64,000 nt of DNA. Origin: Trichodelitschia bisporula (lineage: Eukaryota). Under the pieces are notes generated by a model. It was not told where the DNA came from. It did no database searches and worked only from the letters and a program-made list of their open reading frames with translations. Both the position numbers and the translations under genes were made by a program. This document shows, in pieces, positions 46,924 to 60,131 of this stretch. The stretch is taken from contig ML996687.1 of assembly GCA_010356995.1 (NCBI GenBank), positions 869,803 to 933,802 of the forward strand, in the 5' to 3' direction. Each line of letters starts with the position of its first letter. The stretch's first letter is position 1.

Positions 46924-47911
46924 TTTCTGAGCCAACATCGGCTGCAATCTGCCCGAAGCCGCTCTCTCGGGGCTTCAAAAGGAAATGGATTTATGAAGGA
47001 GCGCCGTCGCGATTTCGTACAGGCGAGGCCGATTTGGTCTGTTGAATGGTCTACGAGCTCGACCCCTGATCTCCCCGTCCCATGTCTCCGATATCCTAAG
47101 CTCGGATAGGCAGTAATTTGATTTGGGCTCCATGGACACCTCATATATGCCGACCAGACGAGACGAGCCGTGGAGTTACACTTTGAAAAAATTATCAATC
47201 TCCCTTCGCTATTCATCCCTTCTTCTGCCTACCTGCTACGCTTTGGTCCCATTACAGTGTCTGGCCCTGGCTTGTGTCGAAGTGAACCGCAGTGCCTGCG
47301 AACCTCATTCAGATCCGGTGACTCTCTTTTGCCCCAGTGTCATGGAGCTTCCGAGCTCCAGATCCGTATGACTGGCCCATGGTTGGTGAGACCGTGATGG
47401 GCCGATGAAGCGCGAAACCCGGCCATCTTTTTCTCCTCGCCATCCCGTTCATCAGACATCGCTTCAGTACAAATTCCTCTCCATTCCCCGCTCTCCAATG
47501 ATTATGACAGCCACCGCTCATAGGCAATGGGGTTTGGTAAGGCAGAGCTGATGTTGGCAACGAGGGATACTATGGCTGGAGACTATTGCCGAAGTGGTAG
47601 CAAGGGTCGTATAGCAAGAGGGTGAAGAGACAAAGAGCAATGCTCAGTTGTAACACGCACTAGTTCTAATCGCCATGCACACTTTGTGGGCTCCGAGATC
47701 TACGGGAGCCGCATCTTGACTATGTGCACGAGCCAGACGTAACGTAAACTGATGGATTTATTCTCAGTCAAATCCGACTATCAGTCTATGTCTTTCCCCC
47801 TTTCGCTGAAGTAATAGCATAAAGTGCGCTCCTTGGTATCTATTTGGGTATGGACACGCAGAGACAATCCAACGAGTAACCACGCTTTGGCCCACCGCAC
47901 GGGCAGGTGCA

Positions 47912-49162
47912 CTAAATGCCAGTTTTGGACAACTGTTCCGCCAAGTCGTCGACGGACTGGGACTCCTCCAAAGCCACATTCTCCTGCTCCGCCTCATCGG
48001 CACGCTCAACTTCCTTCTCCCTCACTTCCTCTTTTTCTTCTTCTTCTTCTTCGCCACTGACCTCCTCTTCCTCGTCCTCACTCTCATCGTCCAGCTCGTC
48101 CAGCTCATCAAGGCCCCAGTCGTCGTGCTCACCCTCGTCAAGCGGCGGCCCGCGCTCCTTCCTCCGCTCCAGCAAGGTGTCCCGGAGCGCATCGACGCTG
48201 GAATCGTCCTCATTGAACTTGTTCCCATTGAGCTCAACCCTCCGCAGGTTCGGTAGGTGATCGTCGGCGGCGGTAACGAGCGACTTGAGCCCCTTGGCGT
48301 CGATGTCGTTGAATTGGAGACGCAGGACCTCGAGGTTGGAATTTTTGCCCGCCTGCAGCGCTTCGCCGAGCATACGACCGCCACGCGCACTCAGCAGGCA
48401 GTCGCCGACGCCGAGCTCGCGCAGCTCCTCCCACTCGTGGATGATATCGGACAGGGCGCGCGCACCCATGGCGGTGAAGGTGTTGTCCTGCAGATCAAGC
48501 ACACGCAGGCCGCGCGCCTCCTTGAGTCCCACCTTCAGCAGGTGCGATACGCCCTCCTGCCGTATGCCGTTCTGCACCATTTTGATGTGCGTGACGTCGC
48601 TGTGTGCAGCGTAGGCCCGCGCCCAAGCCTCCATGCTGCCATTCTCCAAGCGGTTGCGACCGCACACTACAGTCCGCAGCGGTGCAGCACCCGCCTCCTT
48701 CTTCTTCGCTGCGAGGCGCGTGAGGGCATCGGCGATAAGGATGCCCGCGTGTGGACCGAGACCGTTGTTGTTGAGGATGAGGTGCTCAAGCGGTGTATGT
48801 TCAGAGAGAAAGGAGACCAGTGGTGCTTGGGTATTGAGGCCAAAGGCGTTGTCGGAGAGGTTTACCGTGTGCAGGTCCGGGAGGGTGAGGAGGGCCTGGA
48901 GCAGCGCATCCAGCGCCAGGGGAATTTCAGCAAGCAAGCGACCGGTGAAGACGTCGGCAAAGTTGGCCACCTTGAGATTCTTGTTGGTCTTAAGAACCTC
49001 GGCGAGAGCCTGTGAGGCTCCGATGCCCAAGGTGTTGCCTAGAAAGTGCACCTCTTCCACATCAGTGTTGTCTTTGAGGGACTCAATGTGAGGGGCAATG
49101 TCTTCGGCAGTGTCGAGCTTGAGGCCCTTGCCTTCGAGGGAGAAGACCTTTGAGGCACTCAT
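47912..49162 (-). CDS. RNA1: Ran GTPase-activating protein (LRR)
   Basis: FSLEGKGLKLDT, ADVFTGRL, NLSDNAFG, CGRNRLENG, MVQNGIR, acidic tail. Confidence 0.96.
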   Translation of the reverse strand: MSASKVFSLEGKGLKLDTAEDIAPHIESLKDNTDVEEVHFLGNTLGIGASQALAEVLKTNKNLKVANFADVFTGRLLAEIPLALDALLQALLTLPDLHTVNLSDNAFGLNTQAPLVSFLSEHTPLEHLILNNNGLGPHAGILIADALTRLAAKKKEAGAAPLRTVVCGRNRLENGSMEAWARAYAAHSDVTHIKMVQNGIRQEGVSHLLKVGLKEARGLRVLDLQDNTFTAMGARALSDIIHEWEELRELGVGDCLLSARGGRMLGEALQAGKNSNLEVLRLQFNDIDAKGLKSLVTAADDHLPNLRRVELNGNKFNEDDSSVDALRDTLLERRKERGPPLDEGEHDDWGLDELDELDDESEDEEEEVSGEEEEEEKEEVREKEVERADEAEQENVALEESQSVDDLAEQLSKTGI

Positions 49163-49743
49163 TGCATCCAAGCGAGAATTGAGGGCTTGAGGAGAAGGTT
49201 GGTGATAGCGATGTACGGAGCGTAAAAAGGTAGTGGAGTTTTGGTGATGAGTGAATGACAAGTTTGTTGACTCCTCTCCGTGATGTTGTGACTGTCCCCC
49301 CCCCTTTCAGCCACTCCGCCACAAACCGCCACTCGACCCCACCACTCGACGCCTTGGTGCCTGTTAACTATTGAATAAAAAACTTGCGCTAGCTCTTTAC
49401 AGCAAGTGGGGGTCTAGCGCTCCACAGTTTCGGCAATCCTCCTAAGGACGAGCCAGTCACTCTCCTATCGCCCTCCTCATTGATTGACCCTGGACCAGGG
49501 GTCTCTGGCTTCCAAGATCCGCGACCCTCACACGCCTCACCATCACCAACCATCACCAACCATCAATCGCCCTCACCATCTACGCCATCCTCACCACCGT
49601 ACCAGCTAGCCCGAGAAACGGACGACCAACAAGTTAAATAACTTGTGCCTCTGCTTGCTCAAACGTCCCGCCGCCACAACTCTCCTCGCGATCGCAATGC
49701 TTCATTGTTCGCATTAAACTGCTCTTGTACTTCTACGCACATA

Positions 49744-50831
49744 ATGGCGCCAGTTGGCCTGTACCACCGCCTGAAGTCCTATTACAGCAAAGAGCCTCGT
49801 ATGTGGTACCCTAAGCTTCTCGGCACTGTATCTATACTAATTTGCATCTCCATGTAGGTGAAATCCCTCCCGCCATATCGACACAATCCGCTGCTGCTCT
49901 GTCAATCCTCTTCACTGTCGTCTACGTGCTTCCCTTCTATCTCAGCAAGGCCACACGTCCCTCACCCACGCTGTCACGCGATGCGCCATCTGTCATCAGA
50001 GCTCGTATACGGGCAGTCACATCAGCATGCATCATCTGCTCAATTGCCGTTCTTCTGATCATTTTTCGAGTTGGCAAAGCAACCGTACCAGAGGCCCTCC
50101 ATTTGTTGGGCTGGTGGCCTGTCGATGTGCTGGCCGTGCTGCGGACGTTGCTGCTTTGCATCATTCTCTTTGCTGGGCCCCTCTTTGAGGCCGGCTTTGC
50201 CGAGGGCCGGTTGAAGCAGTGGATGCGCGGCACCCCCCTAGTGGAGACACTGAGCTCGTGGACCGGTTGGCGCAACTACGTCGCGGGGCCGGTCACCGAG
50301 GAATTGGTCTTCCGCTCGCTGTTGATCCCTCTGCATTTGCTCGCTAAGATGACACCAGGGCGCATTGTTTTCCTGACGCCCCTATACTTCGGCATCGCCC
50401 ATGTACACCACTTCTACGAGTTCACTCTCACCCACCCGGAGGCTCCGGTCCTTCTGGCCTTGGTGCGCAGCCTGGTACAGTTCACGTACACCAGCCTCTT
50501 TGGGTTCTTTGCCGCATTTGTTTTCCTGCGCACCGGATCCGTCTACGCAGCCATTGCAGCTCACAGCTTCTGCAACTGGATGGGACTTCCGAGATTTTGG
50601 GGGCGAGTAGGTGTGCAGGCCGGCGTGCCCATCAGTCCCCCAGGGACAAAGCGAGACGATGAGAGAGCAGCAACCGAGTCGCCTGGAGCTGTCCGAGATG
50701 GGCGGCTGGGTATCGCTTGGACTGTGGTGTACTATCTCCTGCTGATTGCTGGCGCCTTTGGCTTCTATCAGCAGTTTTGGCTGTTGACCCAGGGCTCCGC
50801 GGCCCTGGTACAATTCCAGAGGGGGAAGTAA
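49744..50831 (+). CDS. RCE1: CAAX prenyl protease 2; intron ~49799-49857
   Basis: RNYVAGPVTEELVFRS, FGIAHVHH, QFTYTSLFG, HSFCNWMGLP. Confidence 0.95.
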
Positions 50832-51170
50832 GTGCCTGCCTTTCTCGTGTGGCGTTCGGTTGGCTGCGAATGTGAATATGTATTCTATTTTGCCCTTCTG
50901 GCTGTAAAAATACTACACGGCGTAGCTCAATGGGAAGTGAACTTGATACTCTGGCCACGAAGTACTGGAATGCCCACTTCCTGCGGCTTGAGCTCGCAAA
51001 CTGTCCTAACGCTCCTTAAGATGTGTCTGCAACTGGCTCCCCTTCGTCCAACTCGACCTTCTAGTTCTAGCATATTGCCCCATATAGACTGATTATCGAC
51101 ACGTGATTACGCGTATGCGCATCTCGACCAACCTCCTGCCGCGACTCACTCCGTCACCAACCCCACCAAC

Positions 51171-52061
51171 ATGGCAACATTACCACCGGAGCCTTCAGAG
51201 GCCAATCTCCACCTCACCATTCGCTTCTCCCTCCCGCTCCCAGACCTCCCCCTCACCCTCCCCCTCCAAACACTACCCACCACCCCCGCCCTCTCCCTCA
51301 AGCGCCTAATCCGCACCCACCTCCCCGCCGCCCATGCCTCCACCCGCCTCCGCCTCATCCACTCCGGCCGCGACCTGCCCGACACCGCCTCCCTAGCCGA
51401 CGCCCTCGGCCTAGACCCGCATATCCTCTCCATAACTCCCACATCCGCCAACCCGCGCGACCAAGGCAAAGGCAAGGGCAAGCAAAAGGCCCCCGACCCT
51501 CCAGCCGTCTACATCCACTGCTCCCTCTCCGACACACTCTCCCCCGCCCTCCTCGCCGCTGAATCGCGCGCCGCGCTCGCCGCCGAAGAAGCTCTCCACG
51601 CCGCCGCGGCACCGGCATCCGCGCGCTCAACCCCGGCGTCCGGTGCCGCGCCCGCATCCACCGCGCCCCGACCCCGCGGCTTCGATCGCCTGCTGGCCGC
51701 GGGGCTGAGCGCCGACGACGTCGCAGCGCTGCGGGCATCGTTTCTTGTGCACCTCGCACACACGCACACGCCGGACACGCTGCCGCAAGGTGATGCGCTA
51801 CGGGTGCTTGAGGAGCGGTGGCTGGATAGTACAGGGAGCGAAGGTGGGGGGGCTGGTGTGACAGGGTTGGATGATGATGAAGGGAGCGCCGGAGAGGATC
51901 TGTTCTGGGGGAATGTGTGGGGGTTCTTTTGGCCGCTCGGAGCGCTGGTTTGGGGGCTGAGGGAGGAGGGGGTGTGGACTCGGAGAAGGCAGATTGCTGT
52001 GCTCACTGGACTGGCATTTAACCTTATTTTTGGGTTCGCGAGGTGGAGCAGCTCGAGGTAA
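51171..52061 (+). CDS. DSC3: DSC E3 ligase complex subunit 3 (ubiquitin-like, DUF2407)
   Basis: LTIRFS..LPDL, RLRLIHSGR, VYIHCS, PRGFDRLL, LEERWLD, GFFWPLG. Confidence 0.9.
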   Translation: MATLPPEPSEANLHLTIRFSLPLPDLPLTLPLQTLPTTPALSLKRLIRTHLPAAHASTRLRLIHSGRDLPDTASLADALGLDPHILSITPTSANPRDQGKGKGKQKAPDPPAVYIHCSLSDTLSPALLAAESRAALAAEEALHAAAAPASARSTPASGAAPASTAPRPRGFDRLLAAGLSADDVAALRASFLVHLAHTHTPDTLPQGDALRVLEERWLDSTGSEGGGAGVTGLDDDEGSAGEDLFWGNVWGFFWPLGALVWGLREEGVWTRRRQIAVLTGLAFNLIFGFARWSSSR

Positions 52062-52305
52062 TTGCCTGTTGATTTAGGGAGTCGTACACAGCATGGGATA
52101 TGGCGCGCAGGAGTTGGGGGTTTCATGCATCATATCCGAGCGTCACAGCCGGGGAGTCATGAATTACAACGCTCAACTGTCAACTCGAAGGCAGAAAATT
52201 AGAATACCACAAGCCAGCCGCTCCGAACCTGTGTATCCGATGTGACCATGACACGAATTATAGTTACAATCGCCAGCCCCAAACGCCACCCAATCATAAA
52301 ATCTT

Positions 52306-53103
52306 TCACCGAAACTTGCCGACGATGACAGCAAGGATGAGAAGGACAAGAACAGTGATGATCGCGATGGTTATAATCCGATTTGTAGCCATCCTACCAA
52401 GTGTTAGCCTTGTGCCTCGCGTATATCTTGTAGAGGATTCTAGAGGAAGGATCATTACCTACGCGCCATCCCCCGCAGCGTCTTGATGCTCCGATCCGTG
52501 TAGCTCTCACTCTCCAGAAGAGTCGTGTGCGTATGCTCAATCGTCTCCCTCTGTCGTCCAAGGTCTGCTAACGTGTTCCGGCCAATCTCCTCCGTCTCAA
52601 GCGCAATGCGATGAGAGTCACGCAGGCGTCCGCTGCTGCGCTCAAGGCGCTCCGTGCCGCTCAGCAGCTGCTGTCGCTGTTCGAGGTTCGGGTCTGATGC
52701 AGCATCAGGGTTGTCAGAATAGCGTCCGTAGCGCGGAGCCGAGGCGAGCGACGCCAGCTTGCGCACCACGCTGTCGAGGTCGGTCGAGTAGTTGCGGAAG
52801 CGAGTGTTAATGGCGGGTCGCGTGGCCGTGGGAATGTTCGCTTTCTCGAGCCGCATCTGGTCGAGCTGTTGAGACGGAAGTTAGCAAGTAGTACGGCGCA
52901 AGCATGAGGAGGGCAGTTCTCACGATCTCTTTGGCCTCATCGACCGAGCGCTCGGCTTGGCTCAGGGCGGCTTTACGCGGCTCGCCCGTCAGCTCCGGGA
53001 TCTGCTCCAGTTTCTGATTCAGCTCGGCTTGCACAAGCTTGAATTCAGCCTCATAGCTGGCAAAGAGCTCGGAGCCGGCCTCAGTGTCCAGAATGTCGGT
53101 CAT
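52306..53103 (-). CDS. VTI1: Vesicle transport Qb-SNARE (2 introns)
   Basis: SELFASYEAEF, QRQQLLSGTERL, ALETEEIG, KTLRGMARR|MATNR plus C-terminal TM. Confidence 0.95.
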
Positions 53104-53508
53104 GGTGTGGGTGTGGAGGGCTGAGATGCGGGGGCGGGAGGGGAGGAGCTAGGGAAGGGCGCGGCTGTCGAAAGCAGGTGCAGAAGAATGCGCAACGCGT
53201 GGAGAAATGTGAGCGCTTGCGAAAATGGGCTGCGATGCGACTGAGGGTGAATGGATGTTGGAGGGCGATGTGTCGATGTCGATGGTTTGCGGAGTGCGGC
53301 GCAGGAGGTTGGATGACCATGGCCAGGCACCGGCAGGCCGCACCCGTCTGGCACAGCAGGTCATCAGGTGACCAGGGGACATACACGTGACCTTATCGAA
53401 TTGAGCAGAAGTTCAGATCGAAGGCCACTCATTAGCATTATCGACGTGCCCTCCTTGTCGCTAACCATAGTTTCTACATATAAAGAACCCACCAAATCCA
53501 TCAGATCA

Positions 53509-55258
53509 TTACCTCCGCTTCCGGCGCTCCATCACGCCGTACGTCGCCCTGCGCACCACCGTCCCTGCAGCTTCAATCTCCTTCTTACTCAAAACTGCCG
53601 AGACACAGACCTTCAGCGCAGGGCGCGGCTGCCAGGACGCATCACGCGCAGTAGATCCCAAGATTTGTGGAATGGGCTTGAGGCGTGTAATGAGGACATC
53701 CTTTTTGAGGCACTACATCCCATGTTAGCCCCGCCGTCAAATCTTCAACTTCGGCCACTGCAGCACAGCGCCGGTGGTGGACAAACCTCTTCGACCATCT
53801 CAGCCATGAGCCTATCCTCCTCATCTCTTCCAATTCCAAGTGACTCCACAACCTCAGGCTTTAGCACGAGCATGACCACAGGGTTCTCCGGCGCCGACTG
53901 CGGAAACAACCACACGCTCTTGGGATACCGCTCCGGATTGAATTGATCCCGCAGAGCATCGATGTTCTCCCTTAACCGTACCCCAAGTTCCGGTGTCTGT
54001 TCCCGCATAGCAAGAGCTTCGCTCGCTGTCGTCGCCAGCATAGCCGGCAGGGCCGCGCTAAACGTGTACGCCGAGCTGCTAATCCGCTGATGTTCAACCA
54101 CCTCCAGCGAGCCAGCGCAGAAACCACCACCGGCACACAGCGGGCCGGCCAACGAGCCAATAATCATGTCAATGTGGTTAGGATCGACATTTTGCTGCTC
54201 CGTGACGCCGCGGCCGTGCGTACCAAGCACCCCATACGACCAGGTCTCGTCCAGAATGATGCGGAACTTGTACTGGTGCTTAAATTCCACCTAACCAATG
54301 TTAGAACAGCAAAATTTAAGTTGGAAATGAAGCGTACAAGCTTTGGCAGGTTAACCATATCGCCAACGTTCTCGAACAGGCCTTCGGTGACAATGAAGCG
54401 GCGTGTCAGCGGCTTCTTAGCCTGGCTCCGCACGACGGTCTCTAGTACGCGCTTCAGATCCTCCATGTCGTTGTGATCATACCAGTACACGGTGCTTCTC
54501 GAAACCTGAATTCCTTTACGGATAGGATAGTTCACTGCACGGTCAGCGACGATGATGTCGCCACGCTTGGAGAAGGCAGGGATAACACTGCTGATTGTCG
54601 AGAAGCCTTGCGCATAAAGAATGCATGCCGGTGCACCGATATGTGCTGCAATCTCGGCTTCAGTCTTCATATGAACATCTTGTGTTCCATAGAAGTTTGG
54701 CGGGCCACAGGGTCCTACACCGTAGCGGCGCAAGGAGGCGATGGCCTTTTCCTTGATGATTTCATTGTTTCCGAAGTTGTAGAAGGACCACGAGGCGAGG
54801 TTAGTAACGTGGCGTGAGCCGGAGGCAGTGGCGATTTTGACCTTGGGTCCGGAAGGTCTACCATTGCTGTTAGCAACTGCGCACTATCGCTTCACAACAC
54901 AGGTGAGAAGCGCATACCCTACCACCACCGGCCGTTTCTCATTCTCCGCCTCCTCGATGGTGCTTAATCCGAGAGCAAGCGGCTCCGGCGTCCAATCTTC
55001 CACAAGGTCGTCCACCTCCTCTTCAGTAAGCCGAATCTTGTTCGGCTTTTGGGTCGAGTAGCTTGGGGCGAGCAGATAGCGGACGGCGAACAGAACCAGC
55101 ACGAGCTCGATTGCAGACCGCACGGGGTCGTTTTGGTAGCTCGACTTGATGTACCGTAGCGCTATAGCAGAGCCGGGGAGGCGCTGGAACTGTGAGGTAG
55201 TGACGTTGGCGTAGTGCAACACCTGGTGCTGCACATCTTGGAGATTCTGAAAGTCCAT
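53509..55258 (-). CDS. LCB1: Serine palmitoyltransferase subunit 1 (3 introns)
   Basis: SYQNDPVRS, YGVGPCGPPNFYGTQDVH, IVTEGLFEN, DETWSYGVLG, YTFSAALP. Confidence 0.95.
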
Positions 55259-56378
55259 GGTGCTGTCGGAAACTGGGTCGGCGCGTCTTTGCGAAGTAAG
55301 AGTAGGAGAGTTTGGGGGGGGGAAGAGAGGAGTCTACAGCAGACCCAGGGGACGCGAAAGGGATGGGGATGCGGCCGGATGCGCGGGTCAATCAAATCGC
55401 GGATCGCGCTGCGTGCCTGAGGCTCACAATAGTGGCGTTGTGTGGCTGGCACGGCGTTAGCACAGCCACTGTTAACTGGCGGCCGTTGATTGCTAGCCTG
55501 ACTGCCTGGCTGCCTGGCTCATTGGCACTTTGCCGAACAAATACGGTACGTCTCATCATCTTGTCAGCTTCCATGCCGTCAACCTGATACTCAACCCACT
55601 TCGGCCTACATCCGTACACGGTCCTGCGTGCCACTCATCTTATGCGACTTACCCTACAGTACTTCGGAACATCCGCGGAAGCAATTGGGTTTTCCACTAC
55701 AATATCGGCCAGTAGACACAACGGAACAACTGTCTGTGGTCAATTGTCGACCATTACTGCAGAAATAAAACACATCCTTTGGTTCTTCGCTTCGGCCACC
55801 ACACAACTTGCTGATATCACAATGCACGCAGCCTGGAGTGGCCTGCCTTCTGTCAGTCAGATTGGGCCCGAATCATCCCGACCTGAAAGCGAGGCATATT
55901 CCGGGGTAATAAGCGATTTTGTCCAGACTCACTACATAAGTTGTGCACATCCCGCCCATCTCCACCGTAGCCGGAAAAGCGTTCTAAGCATGCAACTCTT
56001 CTGCAGTAGCATCCAATGGCATCCCTTTCTTCTCACTTTACGTTCAATTCAGAAACGCCTCCCATCATACCCCGCAATGGACCGTGGCAACGGGCCGCGG
56101 CTCCCTCGCGAGTCGACTCATATTTGCGGACATTTATATATTGCCGATTTCGGCGCCTCAGCTGATTGAATATTGATCCCGTTGCTTGTTGCTTGTGCTT
56201 GTTGAAAATTCGTCTTGTTTCACTCTTGAAAAAGATTTCTACGTGCCTGTTTCGCGTCAAAAGGTGCGTGGTGCTTTCAGCAGCATTGCCTCCAACAGAC
56301 CCGACAGCCTTACTCTCCAGGTTCTTTCGCTTTCAGCCTTACGCTCCCCCTGTTCAAGGTGACAGGAAGACGTTCAAG

Positions 56379-57864
56379 ATGCCGTTCTTACCTTCTACCA
56401 GTCCCTCCATCATCATCGTCGGAGCAGGTATCGGTGGCCTGACAACTGCCCTCCAGCTGCACGCCCATGGCATTACCAACATCCACATCTTCGAGTCTGC
56501 GTCAACTCTGGCCACCCTTGGTGTGGGTATCAACGTGCAACCACACGCCATCCTCATCCTTCGCAATCTCGGTCTTCTCCCTGCGCTCGAAGCTACCGGC
56601 ATCAAAACGCTGGAACTGAATTACTATGATCGATTTGGCAGTCCAATCATTCAAGAACCGCGGGGCATGCACGCTGGCTACGAGGTCCCGCAGTTTAGCA
56701 TTCATCGTGGCGAATTTCAAATGCTTCTTCTCGACACTGTTAAGGAACGTCTCGGAGCGGATCGCATCCACCTGGACCACTGCTTCCAGTCCTTCACGCA
56801 GGACGAAAGCGCAGGGACCATAACCGCAACATTCATCCGGCGCAACGATCCTGCCAACCCCCCGGTTGTTCCGTCTAAGACTGCAGACCTTCTCATCGCT
56901 GCAGACGGAATCAACTCCACCGCCCGCAGGATTTTGTATCCGAATGAGGGCCCGCCACGCTTCAGTGGTCGTATTTTGTGGCGTGGCTGCACTGAACGCG
57001 TGCCCTACCTCACCGGTGCGAGCATGGTTTGGGGAGGACATGCCAACCAAAAGTTTATTGCGTACCCGATTAGCGCGCGGTCAGCGCGCAAGGGACACAG
57101 CTTGATTAATTGGATTTGCGAGCTCCGGGTCCGTGGTGAGAATGACCCGGATACCACGCCGCCGAAGACGGACTGGCTGGCCACCGTACCTAAGGAGCGC
57201 TTCGCAGAGCCTTTCGCCAAGTGGCATATCGGGGAGCTTGCGGTCAAAGATCTTATCGATGAGACCGAAAAAGTGTTCGAGTTTCCCATGTGTGATCGCG
57301 ACCCCGTGTCCCGGTGGACCTTTGGTCGGCTCACATTGTTGGGTGATGCGGCACATCCGATGTATCCCAGTAAGTCTTCATCTGCAAGACATATCTGAAA
57401 TTTTACTCATAATAAATAAAGTCGGCTCCAACGGCGCCTCGCAGGCCATCCTTGATGCAGAATGCCTGACCAAGCACCTTTTAGCCCATCTCCCAGTGCC
57501 ATCATCCAATACGCCAATGGACATTCCAACTGCTTTGCTGGCCTACCAAAATGAGCGGCTCCCCGCTACTGCCAAAATCGTCATGGCCAACCGCGCCAAT
57601 GGTCCCGACCACGTCATGCAAGTTGCGTATGAACGGGCGCCGAACGGTTTCGAGAACATTCACGATGTCATCCCGAAGGAGGAGCTCGAGGAAATCGGGC
57701 GGCAGTACAAGGCTATTGCAGGGTTTGACATTGAGAGTGTTAACCGAAAAGCGGTCGACACCGAGGGGAAGGCGCAGCGTTTGGGCCTCCAAAGCCCCAA
57801 GGCGTGGGTTGCGATGCGAAGGGAAAGTGCAACGGGTGTGGTGCCGCTGATCGGGAGAATTTAG
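56379..57864 (+). CDS. FAD-dependent (group A) monooxygenase, PhzS/salicylate-hydroxylase-like; intron 57370-57421
   Basis: GAGIGG, LGVGINVQPHA, IAADGINS, DRDP, LLGDAAHPMYP|IGSNGASQAILDA. Confidence 0.92.
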
Positions 57865-58207
57865 GGGAAGAGAAGCATACCGCTACTCTAGTGGTCCGAT
57901 GCATCTTTCGCTCGGGGCAGAAGCCGAAGGTTTGATGAGTTTGCGTTGCTGGGAGTGGCCGCTGGATCCGTTGATCGCGCCTCTGCTCGAGACTTACAAA
58001 AGCGTTTCAAGTAGAATGACTAGGTACTTTTGCATGATTCTTCTCAATAGCGCAAAGGACTTGAACTCGTATTGGCGTAATGGGCTCTCAAGACTTCGAC
58101 ATGGTGACTTGTGCAGTGGAGAGACTACGACAAATATATGGATATATATGGTATGCTTAAACGTTTTGTCAACAATTCGACCAATGGTCGCAGTGGCTTC
58201 TCCTCCA

Positions 58208-58293
58208 GGTTGTGTCGTATAGTGGTTAGTACAACACGTTGTGGTTCCTTCGCCGGTTCCGTGTAAACCCTGGTTCGATTCCAGGCACAGCCA
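58208..58293 (+). tRNA. tRNA-His(GTG) with ~14-nt intron (58245-58258)
   Basis: GGTTGTG/CACAGCC acceptor stem, ACACG/CGTGT anticodon stem around TTGTGG, GGTTCGATTCC T arm, downstream T5. Confidence 0.92.
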
Positions 58294-60131
58294 CATCTTT
58301 TTGCTCTTCTCTGGTTCATCCCCCATCCATGGGTCATGAGGACTCTGTACCGTACCGTAACTGCCCATGCTCCACGCCACTATGGGTACCCGTACGGGTG
58401 AAAAGACTTTGGCGGCTTCAATCCATTCATTTTTTTTGCCACTTTAGTTGATCTCAGGCTAGTGACTCCTTCAGCAAGTTGCTGATCTCGGACTTAACGA
58501 GTCCAAGACACCAGTGTGGAAGGGAGGACTCCAAGGACGTTGGAGTGTAGTTCTAGGCGTGGGCAGTTGAGATGACGTTGAAGGCGTCTGGCGCCGTGGG
58601 TTAGGTATTTTGAAGCCACCTCGGCCGTTCCACCATCACAAACGTCAAAAGCCTACTTGGCTGACTGAACAGACGTGTCCGTATAACCGGGTCGCCAGCA
58701 GATCAATCTGAAAAGCCCCTGTCTTTCGTTTTGCCATGTAAAGAGCAGCTACCTTACCTCGGTGATCCGGCTTTTAAATTTCGGACCTCAGACTACGCCA
58801 TCGTAGACTTCACCTGACAATCACGAAACCGAACGCGAACATTTGTCGGCATGTTCCGCTGTTTTGACATTCTCCAACATTGGGGAGACAGGATCACAGA
58901 GCCCTATTTTGTTGGGGTTCACCTAGTTTCCCTAGAACAAGATGGTTCTTGTTCTTGATGCTGATGAGCTGTAGCTACTCAAACTTTCAGTTCCAATCGT
59001 CCGGCTGACGATGTTTTACCTGTGAGAGACCTCGGAATGTCCACGTCGCGAAAACCAAAGGATACCCCACCAGGCTCACGGGATATGCTGGAAACAATTC
59101 AACCGTTCCCCGAACATGCCGTACGCACTCCCAATTGTCCGGCTTCCTAGTTTACGCCATACGGGTATGCGTAATCCAAGCCAACTGGCCCCGATATGAT
59201 GGTAGTCAACGTTTACCGGCTTATTCTCAACCCCGCTCACTTGGTCCGCACCCGAGAATCGGCTGAAAGGCCACTTCCTGGCCCTCACCCTTCGCCTTTC
59301 TCGGCATTTCTAGCTTCAAGATTGGCAAGTGTGGAACCAGGGTTCCGGAATAGCTGTCATCCCTTTTGGGCTACACACACGGCAAATAACTGTTCACTGC
59401 ACGTCGAAAGACTAGCCGGAGGCCTTGGATCCGCAGCCTCTCAGCTTTCGCAAGGGTGGTCAATGCGAGGTATCGGTGTCTTGATCCCCAAGGAGCATTG
59501 TACAAAGTTCATATCAACTCCAGATGCGGTGCGGCCCAGTGGCTACTTCTCAACGGGATGGTAATCTCCGACCATATAAATCCACCTTAGCTGGAGACGG
59601 ACGTGGCGGGTTAGCACAGTTCCAACGCATACACCGATCCGATAGAGTGATGCACGGCTAGGATGCGTACTGGCCCGGCAACGGAATACCGTGCCACGGC
59701 TCCCATGCTAAGTGCCTCATGGCTCACCACCTTCTCAAGATCTGAACAGGATAATGCGAAGGTTATCATGGGCTGTGCTCCTAACCTGGAAGAATGATGC
59801 AGCCTCAGTATTCACAACGCATTGCAATATCGGAACGTGGTCGAAGGTACTCTCATATCCCCTATCTCAGTGTGGTGAGTAAACTAACCCTGACCAGGCT
59901 GCGGGCCGCACAGACAGGATCTCCCACAAGTCTCCGATTCAATCTATTTCGTTCCTATGCGAATGCGAATCTGACCACCCACGATACTAAATCTCGTTCC
60001 CGCAAGCGATTGATTGCCAATTTCGCTCTGCACGTTGTTCGTGAACCGGTCTTATGACTGCGCATATATCACCCTACATATACATGCCTCCTCCACTGCT
60101 ACCACCGCCTGCTCACTAGGCCTCCACTATC

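Noticed and set aside
48257..49091. Long antisense ORFs over RNA1 (and similar shadows over other GC-rich genes)
   Set aside because: Expected from codon bias on the coding strand; no motifs
58400..60100. Long gene-free interval inspected for ncRNA or an unannotated gene
   Set aside because: No coherent ORF, splice pattern, repeat or RNA motif could be supported by eye
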